DNA of 64,000 bases from an uncultured Christensenellaceae bacterium (GCA_964586785.1 CAZPHS010000002.1:74502-138501), one strand, 5' to 3'. Numbered from the stretch's first letter, positions 49,877 to 58,537 are shown. The notes: a model not told the origin generated them from the sequence alone. Numbers and translations are program-made.

Positions 49877-51346
49877 CTAAATAATGCTTTCGCCACGAAT
49901 GATTTTCGAAACTTTATTCACCAAAAACAGGAGCGCAATACTGATTAGTGATTTGGCCATGCCAATAACGGTCGACAGTGGAATTCTGCCGCCATCGATA
50001 CCTATATTAAAAACATACAGGTCCAAAACTTCAATTACATCCTTGTTGTTCGCGTTCTGAAACACCAGATACTGCTCCAAACCGTTAGATAAAAAGCCAG
50101 CAACTGTCAGCAGCAGCAGAACCAAATATGTGGGTAAAAGGCTCGGCAGGGTTATGTACCACATTCGCTGGAACCGTCCGGCGCCATCGATTGTCGCGGC
50201 TTCATACAGCTGCGGGTCTATACCTGTAATCGCCGCTATATAAATAATCGCACTCCAGCCAAGCCCCTTCCACATTCCCCAAAGAAGCATCTTTATCCAG
50301 ATATTATCCGCGTTCATCAGCCAATTGGTACTCGAAGTAACCCCAAAAAGGGACAATACCGAGTTAAAAAGACCTTCGGAATTGAATATTGCCAGCGCGA
50401 TTGCGTAAATCAATACCCAACTGATAAAGTTCGGAATCGTTGTAAGTGTCTGAACAATCCTTTTGAATCGGGTGCTTCGTATTTCGTTAAGGAACACCGC
50501 AAAAACCATGGGAACCCAGCTTACAAGAATGCCTAAGCCGCTCATCGCAAAAGTGTTTGTTAAAACGCGCGTAACGTCATTAATTGTCGCGCTGTTGGTA
50601 AACAGCATCGAAAACCATTCAAAACCTACAAATTTATCGGCGCTTAACGTCTCGCCTGCCGTATAGTCATAAAAAGCGTAGCGCCACCCCCAAAGCGGAA
50701 GATAGCAAAATACAAAAGTCAGCAGCAAAATCGGCAGCAGCATCAAAAAGAGAGAGTACTTCTCCGGCATCGCCATTTTCTTTTCTACCGCAGCCGGCCG
50801 CTTGAATACAAGTATTATTACGGTAATTACAAAAATCAATATAGCTAGAGCCGCGTACCAATAAAATCCGGAAGGAAAGTTCACCTGCACTCGCTCGGCG
50901 ACAGCGGAAAGCTGGGAATAAGACAAATAGATACCTGCAAGTCCCGCAATCATTGTGACAGACCCCGCTAAAGGCAGCCAAATTCCGCGCGACTTCATCC
51001 GGTTGTTGCCCATCGACATGCATGCGCCAATACAGCACGCGATTATTCCTATGATTACCATTGTCGATGCGATGCTTAATAATTCAAACGTTGATCTGTC
51101 GACTACGCCCTGTCTGAACAAAGCGGCAAACCTTGTCGTAAGGTCTGAAAACGAGATACCGGTCGTGAACAATGAAATATTCTTATTGATCCAAAGCGAA
51201 ATTCGGCCCGGGTTAAGATCAGCAAAAAACATAAATATAAACGCGCAAAGTGAAAGTACACGAACAGCGCCATATAAAATCAAGGATGATGTCATATGTA
51301 TTTTAGGCGTCTTTGCTTTCTTTAAATTGTTGTTTACCTCTTTCAT
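49877..51346 (-). CDS. Carbohydrate ABC transporter permease (LplB-type) with an N-terminal membrane extension of about 200 aa
   Basis: Core motif YEAATIDGAGRFQRMWYITLPSL. The canonical LplB start (KYSLFLMLLP...) is preceded by four extra hydrophobic helices. GAAGGAG SD before the ATG at 51346. Confidence 0.85.
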   Translation of the reverse strand: MKEVNNNLKKAKTPKIHMTSSLILYGAVRVLSLCAFIFMFFADLNPGRISLWINKNISLFTTGISFSDLTTRFAALFRQGVVDRSTFELLSIASTMVIIGIIACCIGACMSMGNNRMKSRGIWLPLAGSVTMIAGLAGIYLSYSQLSAVAERVQVNFPSGFYWYAALAILIFVITVIILVFKRPAAVEKKMAMPEKYSLFLMLLPILLLTFVFCYLPLWGWRYAFYDYTAGETLSADKFVGFEWFSMLFTNSATINDVTRVLTNTFAMSGLGILVSWVPMVFAVFLNEIRSTRFKRIVQTLTTIPNFISWVLIYAIALAIFNSEGLFNSVLSLFGVTSSTNWLMNADNIWIKMLLWGMWKGLGWSAIIYIAAITGIDPQLYEAATIDGAGRFQRMWYITLPSLLPTYLVLLLLTVAGFLSNGLEQYLVFQNANNKDVIEVLDLYVFNIGIDGGRIPLSTVIGMAKSLISIALLFLVNKVSKIIRGESII

Positions 51347-51413
51347 TTCCGTCTTTCTCCTTCTACTAGTACAGCACAAAGGCCGTAAAAACGGGAAGAA
51401 TACAGTTTAGCGT

Positions 51414-51459
51414 CAAATAAAAAACAGAGGATGCGGTTCCCCATATGGGAAACCGCATC
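51414..51459 (-). terminator. Rho-independent terminator after the repeat-protein gene
   Basis: 14-bp stem with one mismatch (GATGCGGTT(C/T)CCCA). On the minus strand it is followed by CTCTGTTTTTTATTT. Confidence 0.7.
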
Positions 51460-51469
51460 TTATCTTTAA

Positions 51470-53650
51470 TTAGTCATTCTTTTTCTTTTTTCCGGATATT
51501 ACGACAACCGCGATGATGCCGCCTATCACCAGCACCAGCCCGCCCGCAATGGCGGCAATAACGCCGGGGCTTAGTGAATCGCCGGACGGTTCGGTTGATG
51601 CCGTATCGTCAGGTTCTGGCACAACCGGAGGTTCCTCTGCCTGGGAGGATGAATCTTTGCTTAATCCTTCAACCGTGAAAGTTATCATAACGTCCTTCGC
51701 CGGCATTGTGTACGGAATGGCTTCAGTTCCGGTTGCGGTATATTCGTTTAAAATATCAATTTGCAGATATTCGCCGGATGTATTGACCGCAAAGAACGAT
51801 TGACCCTTTCCGCCGTCAATTGCAGTATTGACGCCGCTTATATTAATCAGCCCATCGTCAAAAAGCTGGCTTGGTATATCTGTCGAAACGAATAGCATAC
51901 GCATAGTTTCATCTTCGCCCAGTCCCTTATCCCCGAGCGTAACGCCGACGGTAAACGTTCCGTTCCCGTCAACCGCCGCGTCTGTAAACGCTCCGCCGTA
52001 GTCAACCTGATTGTTTTCGGCGTCCCAACCGGTCAAATGGGTCCAGTTATCCGTCTCCTTGCCGTAACTTGGCTCATTCCAAGCGTTGCGGAAAATATAG
52101 TTTTGCGTCTGAATTCCGAAGTAAGCGTTATAATCTTCCGCCAGCGCCGCCTCCACATCGATTTCAACCGCAGCAGATTTAGGCGCTTCGCCGCGCATGT
52201 AGGTAAATGCAATTTCAAACTTCTGCACGGAGGCGAATGCCGCCTTGTCTGTAATTATCCAGCCGGCCTCTTCCAGATTGTTATCGTACGAACGCGCGTC
52301 CGCGGGAAGCTCCCCGACCCATTCGTTGTAAATGTTCATGCGGGTCGTGATGCCGTCGTCCGAGCTCGTATAGCCTTTGGTAAACGCAACGTCCTCGCCG
52401 TTTACCTTTATGGAGTCTATACGAATAAACCAGCCGGGATGTGTGATTTCGGCATTCGTAATACCTAGCGCCGTAAACGCAAGATCTGTCGCGGCGCCGG
52501 TTTCCGTACCGGTAAAGTCAAGCGCCACCTTATAAGCTCCCGCATTTGTCACCGTGGCATTTGTTACTTTTATGCCGGTGTCCACATCCTCGCCCCAGTA
52601 CTGGTACGTCCAGCCGCCGTCCGCGTACATAATATACGCATTAACCGCAGGCATGGAATATTCGAACGTTACTTCAACCTTTTGTACGGAGGCGAAAATT
52701 TCTTTGTCTACAGTAATCCAGCCCGCGTCCTCAACGCCCGCGTCGAACGATCTGGCGTCGGCGGGAAGCTCCCCGACCCATTCGTTATAAATATTCATGC
52801 GGGTCGTAATGCCGTCGTCCGAGCTCGTATAACCCTTCGAAAACTCAATCGATTCGCCGTTTACCTTAATGTCGCTGATTTTGATACAATAGCCGGGGAA
52901 AGTATTTTCACCGTTTACTATACCAAGCGCTGTAAATGACAAACCGCTCGCGGCGCCGTCTGCGGTTCCCGTAAAATCAAGCCCGACTGTATAGGTGCCC
53001 GCGCCGGTCACTGTGGCCTCCTTGGCGACAACGCCGGTGTCAACCGCATCGCCCCAGTACTGATAAGTCCAGCCTCCATCCGCGTACATAAGGTACGCCT
53101 TATCCTTAGCCTCGTGCAGCGCAAAGGATATCTCAATCTTTTCGACCGAGGCGAAGGCTTCCTTATCTACAATAACCGCCGAAGCGTCGGAAATGTCGCC
53201 GTCAAAACTTCTGGCGTCTGAAGGAAGCTCTCCCACCCACTCGTTGTAAATGTTCATACGAGTCGTAATACGGTCGTCCGAGCTCGTATAGCCTTTCGTG
53301 AACACAACTTCCTCGCCATTAACCTTAACGGACTTTAATTCAATTGTAGCATTAGGGTAGTTGAATTCGCCATCTTTAATGCCAATCGCCGTAAAAGCGA
53401 TTCCGCTTGCGGCACCGCTTTCTGTTCCCGTAAAATCGAGCGCGATTTTGTAATCACCGTCACCCGTTACCTTAGCCGTTGTCGCCTTAACGCCTGTATC
53501 AACCGCGTCGCCCCAATACTGATACGCCCAGCTGGAATCGGCGAACATAAGATATGCTTCGTTATCGCCGGAATCCGCAAGTGCGGTTAATGGCGCGATG
53601 CCAATCAGCAGGATTAACGCTGTCAACAGAGAAATTAGACTCTTTTTCAT
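51470..53650 (-). CDS. Tail-anchored surface protein with three 153-aa tandem repeats plus a fourth divergent domain (candidate glycan-binding protein)
   Basis: Signal peptide ...PLTALADSG. Repeats start at aa 32, 185 and 338. P/E/T linker, Gly-rich TM helix, KKKKND tail. AAGGAGAAG SD. Confidence 0.8.
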   Translation of the reverse strand: MKKSLISLLTALILLIGIAPLTALADSGDNEAYLMFADSSWAYQYWGDAVDTGVKATTAKVTGDGDYKIALDFTGTESGAASGIAFTAIGIKDGEFNYPNATIELKSVKVNGEEVVFTKGYTSSDDRITTRMNIYNEWVGELPSDARSFDGDISDASAVIVDKEAFASVEKIEISFALHEAKDKAYLMYADGGWTYQYWGDAVDTGVVAKEATVTGAGTYTVGLDFTGTADGAASGLSFTALGIVNGENTFPGYCIKISDIKVNGESIEFSKGYTSSDDGITTRMNIYNEWVGELPADARSFDAGVEDAGWITVDKEIFASVQKVEVTFEYSMPAVNAYIMYADGGWTYQYWGEDVDTGIKVTNATVTNAGAYKVALDFTGTETGAATDLAFTALGITNAEITHPGWFIRIDSIKVNGEDVAFTKGYTSSDDGITTRMNIYNEWVGELPADARSYDNNLEEAGWIITDKAAFASVQKFEIAFTYMRGEAPKSAAVEIDVEAALAEDYNAYFGIQTQNYIFRNAWNEPSYGKETDNWTHLTGWDAENNQVDYGGAFTDAAVDGNGTFTVGVTLGDKGLGEDETMRMLFVSTDIPSQLFDDGLINISGVNTAIDGGKGQSFFAVNTSGEYLQIDILNEYTATGTEAIPYTMPAKDVMITFTVEGLSKDSSSQAEEPPVVPEPDDTASTEPSGDSLSPGVIAAIAGGLVLVIGGIIAVVVISGKKKKND
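52181..53557. repeat. Three tandem in-frame 459-bp repeats inside the surface-protein gene
   Basis: The landmark ggaagctc(c/t)cc(g/c)acccaytcgtt recurs at 52305, 52764 and 53223, an exact 459-bp period. Confidence 0.9.
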
Positions 53651-53710
53651 TTTACTTCTCCTTTTTTTAGATTAGTGCCTTTTACGCTGGATAACGGTTC
53701 TCACCTGAGG

Positions 53711-56632
53711 TTAAAGAATGATTTTTAAGACATGCTCTTTGTTATCCCGTGGTATGGGAATCGTATCGGAGCAGCTTTTTCCGTCCAGCTCAAATTTCGT
53801 CTTCTCATCAATGCGGAAAGCAACGTCTTTACTTCTTATCTTAACCGTCAAAGCGGTTCCGTCCCTGTCAAGATTTAGCCTGTAACTTAAGGGTGCGCCA
53901 TTGTTCAAAATAGGCGAAAAACGGAGCGTACCGTATTTTTGCTCGAACCCAAACGTCTCGAAAACGGCAAGTGTGAGCCATGAAGCCGTTCCGGAGAGTA
54001 TGGGACCTATGTTCTCACCGGTTTCGCTGTTATTGTACTGCGTACAAAATCTGGGGTTGCCTTTCGTCTCGTACGGCGTTTTTATCGTGCGGTACGGAAA
54101 AGTCTTATCCATCATAAAAAATGCAAGGGCCGCAAGCCTTTTCGCAAGCGTAATATCCTTTACCGTTTTCGCCGCCTTTAACAAAGCGACGGCTGCCATC
54201 ATCGCCGCATGTTTGAAAACGCCCCCGTTTTCACGATCGCCGGAAAAATAAAGCGCGGTAGACGTGTCTGCGCCAAGAAGCTCAAATCGTATCGGCGTGC
54301 AAAGCTTAAGCCCCGCGTCCGTCTTAAGATGCTTTTCGACTATATCAAGCATTATGCCAATCTGCTTCTCATCTGCAATACCGGAAAGAATCGTCCAGTT
54401 AAAAGAATTTAAAAAGTAACTGCCATCGATACGCGGATCGGCGGAAAGCCCGTCCCCCGCCGCCCCAAGAAATGTATACCCGCCCTTGCGGGCATCATTA
54501 ATAAGCGCCCGCGCGTAAAAGTCGCCCTTCCAGGCGTTATCCCTCATGCTTTTCTTAACGCGCCCCGCCATCGCCGCGGCCTTTCCGCCATCCTCCGCAT
54601 TTCCCGCGCGTAATGAAAGCTCAGCAACCTGATCAGCCGCAATTTTAAGCAAGCAGGCGTTCATGCAGCTTTCGGTAAGCGTATTACGCAGCGGCGCTCC
54701 CCATTCCCCGCCGTGTTCTTGAAGTTGCCGTCTGTACAGCGCTTCCTTCTCCGGCCCCTTCATACAATGCCTGTCAAGACGCAGAGTGTCGTTCCAGTCG
54801 GCCTTGTCAAGAAGCGGAAGCCCGTGCATACCAACAGAAATGCACCCGCTGTAACACAAAACCGCCATCAGCGTATCCCAGAGCGGCCGTGTCCCGTCTC
54901 CATCCGCGACTGCAATTTCCTCATGCAGAAAATCAAAATCGCCAGTAAGCGTCACATAGCGATAAACCGCTTGTATCAGCCAAAGCTGGTCGTCCGAACA
55001 ATCGCCCGGTTCTTTTCCCATCCATGTAAAGTTGTGGTTTGCATATCCTGCGCGAAAAACGTTTCCCGCCCACAATATTATCAACCGCTGGACAATATCC
55101 GCTTTACCGGCCGAAACCAGATAGTACATCGATGCGTAAATATCCTGAATCTCGCGGAAACCTATCTCTCGGTAAGCTTTTTGCGTCCAGGCAAACGAAC
55201 GGGAAACAAATGTTTGGTAATATACTTGAAAAGGAAGATTTCTCCCAACATATGTGTCAAAATCCGCGTCATCGGTTTTTGGTATCAAGTAGGAGCTTAA
55301 GCTTTCCTGATTATCCAGCATACGCTTAAACGCGTTCTCCGCTGCTAACGTATCAGAATAACGCTCGACAAATGTATGCAGCGATGAATAAAAACGCTCG
55401 CTCACATCGCCGCCATCTATGCAAAAAGACATGCCGGCAAAGCTGTCTATACAGCGCTTTTTCCCCGCGGGAAGCACAAAAGACTTGCCCAGCGCGAAAA
55501 AAGGCGATATTTTACGTTCCGGACGCGAGGGCAGACGCGTAAGCAGCGCCGGATTTGCAAGCGTTCGTCCGCCAAGGAACGATGATAGGTTCATAGTAAA
55601 ATCATCCATGGTTTCGCCCTGTGTTAAAAGAAGAGCAAAACGCTTAACTTGCTTTTCTTTCTCCGGCTTGGCATTAAGAGCCAGCGCTATAGGACGCTTT
55701 GCATCAAACACTATTTCGCTCTCCTGTACAATGTTAGCGTACACCACATCGTTAGCTATCGTTTCCGGCGCCGAGATACCAAACATACCGGTTACAACGA
55801 TACGAAGATTACGGTCGCGGCCTGATAGGTTTTCAACCGTTATACGCTGTAATTCGACCGCCTCGGGCAGCCCCTCTTCTTGCGGCAGTATAAAAATTTT
55901 GCGTTCAATCTTCAGGCCGCACTCTGTTTCATATATAATCACGCTATAATTTCTGCTGTGTCGGCAATATGCGGAAAGAACATTTACGGAGGTATCCAAT
56001 GAATAAAATATTTGTTTTCCGTCTTCAACTATATAAAATTGCCGGTTCGCCGGTTCGCCGTTCTCTTCTAGCGAAAGCGTATAACGCGTGGCAAGCACCT
56101 GCAAAGCCCCTCCCGCCCGAAAGGAGCCGGCGCCAAACGCATCAATCGCGCTTTTTGGCGTCGTAAAAAGCGGATATTCACAGCCCGTCCTGTCACCAAT
56201 TAAAAGATTTACCGCGTAATGAGGCCCAACCGGAAACGTTTTTAAATCGATAATATGATCGCCGTCCGCGTTAAATTCACCGCGGCTTTTTATTATGCGC
56301 CCCAAAAGAGCCAAAAGCGCGTCTTTTACGTCATCGGGGATAATACGCTCACCTTCTTTAAGGTAAAGACGTACCGTGCCGCCGGCGAACGAAAAAAGCA
56401 AATCACCGGTCGAATCGTTATTAACCAACGAAGAAACTGACGGCTCGTTCATTATTTTTTCGCATATAGGCGCAAATAGCGGAAGGCCGGTTGCTCCAAT
56501 AACAAAACGTCGGGTTGCGTCTTTCCATTCCGAATCCGTTTTGCCCATAAAGCGCGCCGCCGCAAAACGTTCCGCTAAAACGGTTGCCGGTGTTAATACG
56601 GATGCTCTTGCTTGTTCAAATCTATAATGCAT
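53711..56632 (-). CDS. GH94-like glycoside phosphorylase (cellobiose/cellodextrin-phosphorylase superfamily), cytoplasmic
   Basis: LDKADWNDTL (GH94-type catalytic Asp context), ENGGVFKHAAMMA, SGTASWL. 973 aa, no signal peptide. The start overlaps the lacI stop by 11 nt. Confidence 0.65.
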   Translation of the reverse strand: MHYRFEQARASVLTPATVLAERFAAARFMGKTDSEWKDATRRFVIGATGLPLFAPICEKIMNEPSVSSLVNNDSTGDLLFSFAGGTVRLYLKEGERIIPDDVKDALLALLGRIIKSRGEFNADGDHIIDLKTFPVGPHYAVNLLIGDRTGCEYPLFTTPKSAIDAFGAGSFRAGGALQVLATRYTLSLEENGEPANRQFYIVEDGKQIFYSLDTSVNVLSAYCRHSRNYSVIIYETECGLKIERKIFILPQEEGLPEAVELQRITVENLSGRDRNLRIVVTGMFGISAPETIANDVVYANIVQESEIVFDAKRPIALALNAKPEKEKQVKRFALLLTQGETMDDFTMNLSSFLGGRTLANPALLTRLPSRPERKISPFFALGKSFVLPAGKKRCIDSFAGMSFCIDGGDVSERFYSSLHTFVERYSDTLAAENAFKRMLDNQESLSSYLIPKTDDADFDTYVGRNLPFQVYYQTFVSRSFAWTQKAYREIGFREIQDIYASMYYLVSAGKADIVQRLIILWAGNVFRAGYANHNFTWMGKEPGDCSDDQLWLIQAVYRYVTLTGDFDFLHEEIAVADGDGTRPLWDTLMAVLCYSGCISVGMHGLPLLDKADWNDTLRLDRHCMKGPEKEALYRRQLQEHGGEWGAPLRNTLTESCMNACLLKIAADQVAELSLRAGNAEDGGKAAAMAGRVKKSMRDNAWKGDFYARALINDARKGGYTFLGAAGDGLSADPRIDGSYFLNSFNWTILSGIADEKQIGIMLDIVEKHLKTDAGLKLCTPIRFELLGADTSTALYFSGDRENGGVFKHAAMMAAVALLKAAKTVKDITLAKRLAALAFFMMDKTFPYRTIKTPYETKGNPRFCTQYNNSETGENIGPILSGTASWLTLAVFETFGFEQKYGTLRFSPILNNGAPLSYRLNLDRDGTALTVKIRSKDVAFRIDEKTKFELDGKSCSDTIPIPRDNKEHVLKIIL

Positions 56633-57674
56633 TAACTTCCCCTGTTTCGTTATTTGACTGTCCTCTTATATCATCGCCTATTTGCTTAACGGATTTCCCG
56701 AGCTGTAGTTCGCCTTTTATAATCGTTTGCTCGCCATGACTTTTCTTTGGTTGTTCAATCTGCTCGATAAGTTTAGCTACAGCCATTTTGCCGATTGTCT
56801 CGGCATCCTGATGATAAGTGGTAAGCTTTGGGCGCAAGAGCGTAGAAAGATAGATTCCGTCGTACCCGACCGCGCTGACATCCTCAGGAACCGATAGGCC
56901 GTGTTTTTCAATTTCACTTAAACCCCCAAGATACGAATAATCATCGGGGTAAAGAATACAAGTCGGCGGAGACGGAAGTGAGAGCAGCCTTCTTGTCGCA
57001 AGACCGCTTTCCTTAGGGCTGTGGTATTTCGCTTCAATTACGTATTCTTCAGGAGCCCGAATCCCAAGCTCCATGCATCCTTTGTAAAACCCGCTTATCC
57101 GCTTCTGCGTAACGGTGCTGCGTTCTTCTCCATGAATAAAAGCGATTTTCCGATGACCCATACCGGCAGCATACCACATAATCTCAACCATACTTTGGAC
57201 GTTTTCCGACATAATAGAAACACGCCCGGGGAAAACATGATCAAGCACGACAATGGGCAAATCGCTCGTGGCAAGCTCAACAACGCCGGTTTGCTCATAA
57301 CGCGCCTGCGCAATGATAACGCCGTCGCAGTTTCGATAAACCGCGTAATGATAAAAACTTATCTCCGAACTGCCAATACGGTTGCATATAAACGTTATGT
57401 CATACCCGGAATCTTTGGCGGCTTCGCGAATGCTGTCAAGTATAAGCGCAAAATATTCGTGATTGATACGGTCGGCAAACAGAACGCCGAGGTTGTAAGA
57501 TCGATTCGTTTTCAGCGAGCGCGCAGCTGCATTAGGATAATACCCTAAATCACGGGCTATCTGTTTAATACGTTTAGCCGTATCAGTATTAACATCAGGC
57601 TGTCCGTTCATGGCCTTTGACGCGGTTGAAACCGATACGCCGCATATTTCCGACAATTGCTTAAGCGTTATCAC
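56622..57674 (-). CDS. LacI family transcriptional regulator
   Basis: MITLKQLSEICGVSVSTASKAMNG HTH plus a periplasmic-binding-protein-like sugar-sensor domain. Confidence 0.9.
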   Translation of the reverse strand: MITLKQLSEICGVSVSTASKAMNGQPDVNTDTAKRIKQIARDLGYYPNAAARSLKTNRSYNLGVLFADRINHEYFALILDSIREAAKDSGYDITFICNRIGSSEISFYHYAVYRNCDGVIIAQARYEQTGVVELATSDLPIVVLDHVFPGRVSIMSENVQSMVEIMWYAAGMGHRKIAFIHGEERSTVTQKRISGFYKGCMELGIRAPEEYVIEAKYHSPKESGLATRRLLSLPSPPTCILYPDDYSYLGGLSEIEKHGLSVPEDVSAVGYDGIYLSTLLRPKLTTYHQDAETIGKMAVAKLIEQIEQPKKSHGEQTIIKGELQLGKSVKQIGDDIRGQSNNETGEVNAL

Positions 57675-57690
57675 ATGAAGCCTCCCGTAT

Positions 57691-57705
57691 CCGAAATCGT
57701 TTTCG
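57691..57705. promoter_or_regulatory. Candidate LacI operator O1 (CCGAAATCGTTTTCG) in the lacI 5' UTR
   Basis: CG-centred palindrome, near-identical to the 57853-57868 site, 5 nt upstream of the GGGAGG SD. Confidence 0.5.
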
Positions 57706-57764
57706 TATATAAATTGTATATTGTTCTTTATCGTTAATATATTTATTAATTTACTTTTCTAATT

Positions 57765-57794
57765 ATTATAGAGTTATAGCGCATAAATTGTCAA
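57765..57794 (-). promoter_or_regulatory. Consensus sigma-A promoter of the lacI/GH94/surface-protein unit (-35 TTGACA, 18-nt spacer, -10 TATAAT)
   Basis: Minus strand reads TTGACAatttatgcgctataactcTATAAT. Confidence 0.65.
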
Positions 57795-57852
57795 GGCATG
57801 TTTCATTATTTGTGTAAACTCTTATAAAAAGGACTCAATTTGTCGCAAAACC

Positions 57853-57868
57853 CCGAAACCGTTTTCGG
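57853..57868. promoter_or_regulatory. Candidate LacI operator O2 (CCGAAACCGTTTTCGG)
   Basis: 16-bp palindrome symmetric at 14 of 16 positions, CG centre, 59 bp upstream of the -35. Confidence 0.5.
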
Positions 57869-58060
57869 CTATACCATTTAAACGCTTCTATAGCTAATAT
57901 CCAACCATTTTGTGATAACAGGCGGTGTACAAAGGTGATACAATCCGTGATTTGCGATATTCAGTTTGCGTTTAACTTGGCGAGTGCCCCCTTATGCTTG
58001 TTTAACATACCCGCTTGCCATATTGTAAACTTACTGTAGGGAAAACGCAGAGAATGATTT

Positions 58061-58084
58061 CACTCACCCCAACGGGGGTGAGTG
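58061..58084. other. Perfect 10-bp stem / 4-nt loop hairpin (CACTCACCCC-AACG-GGGGTGAGTG)
   Basis: Read directly. It sits at the left edge of the integrase remnant. No canonical U-tract on either strand. Confidence 0.4.
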
Positions 58085-58144
58085 AAGAAGGTCGCCATAT
58101 GCCCTTAGTATATAGGTTACAACCAACTAAGGAGGAGGCGACCT

Positions 58145-58537
58145 ATGGACAGCATGTCCTTCCGCACTGCATCCCGGGGCATTGGGATGGTGCTTGGCTG
58201 CTATCTGATCCCAATGAGAGTATATATAACGGAATCCTTTCAGCGTCTCAGAGAGCGCGTCGGGTTGCCTAACGTAGTTTTCCACTCACTGCGGCACTCC
58301 AGCGCCACCTACAAGCTCAAGCTCAACAGAGGCGACCTGAAGGCTACACAGGGCGATACCGGACACGCGGAGATCGACATAATCACCAAGGTGTACGCGC
58401 ACATTCTCGACGAGGACAGGAAGCTCAACGCACAAAAGTTTGAAGCAGCTTTCTATGCCAACCCCGACCTGCGCAACGTGAAGCCGCCGCAGGAGAATGT
58501 GCTGGATATCAAGACGTTGATCGAGCAGTTGCAGTAG
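58145..58537 (+). pseudogene. Truncated tyrosine recombinase/phage integrase (C-terminal catalytic third only)
   Basis: FHSLRHSSATY (box II HxLRH) and GHAEIDIITKVYAHIL (catalytic Tyr) are present. The N-terminal SAM-like domain, core-binding domain and box I Arg are absent. Neighbouring frame 58015..58272 suggests a frameshift near 58225. Confidence 0.75.
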
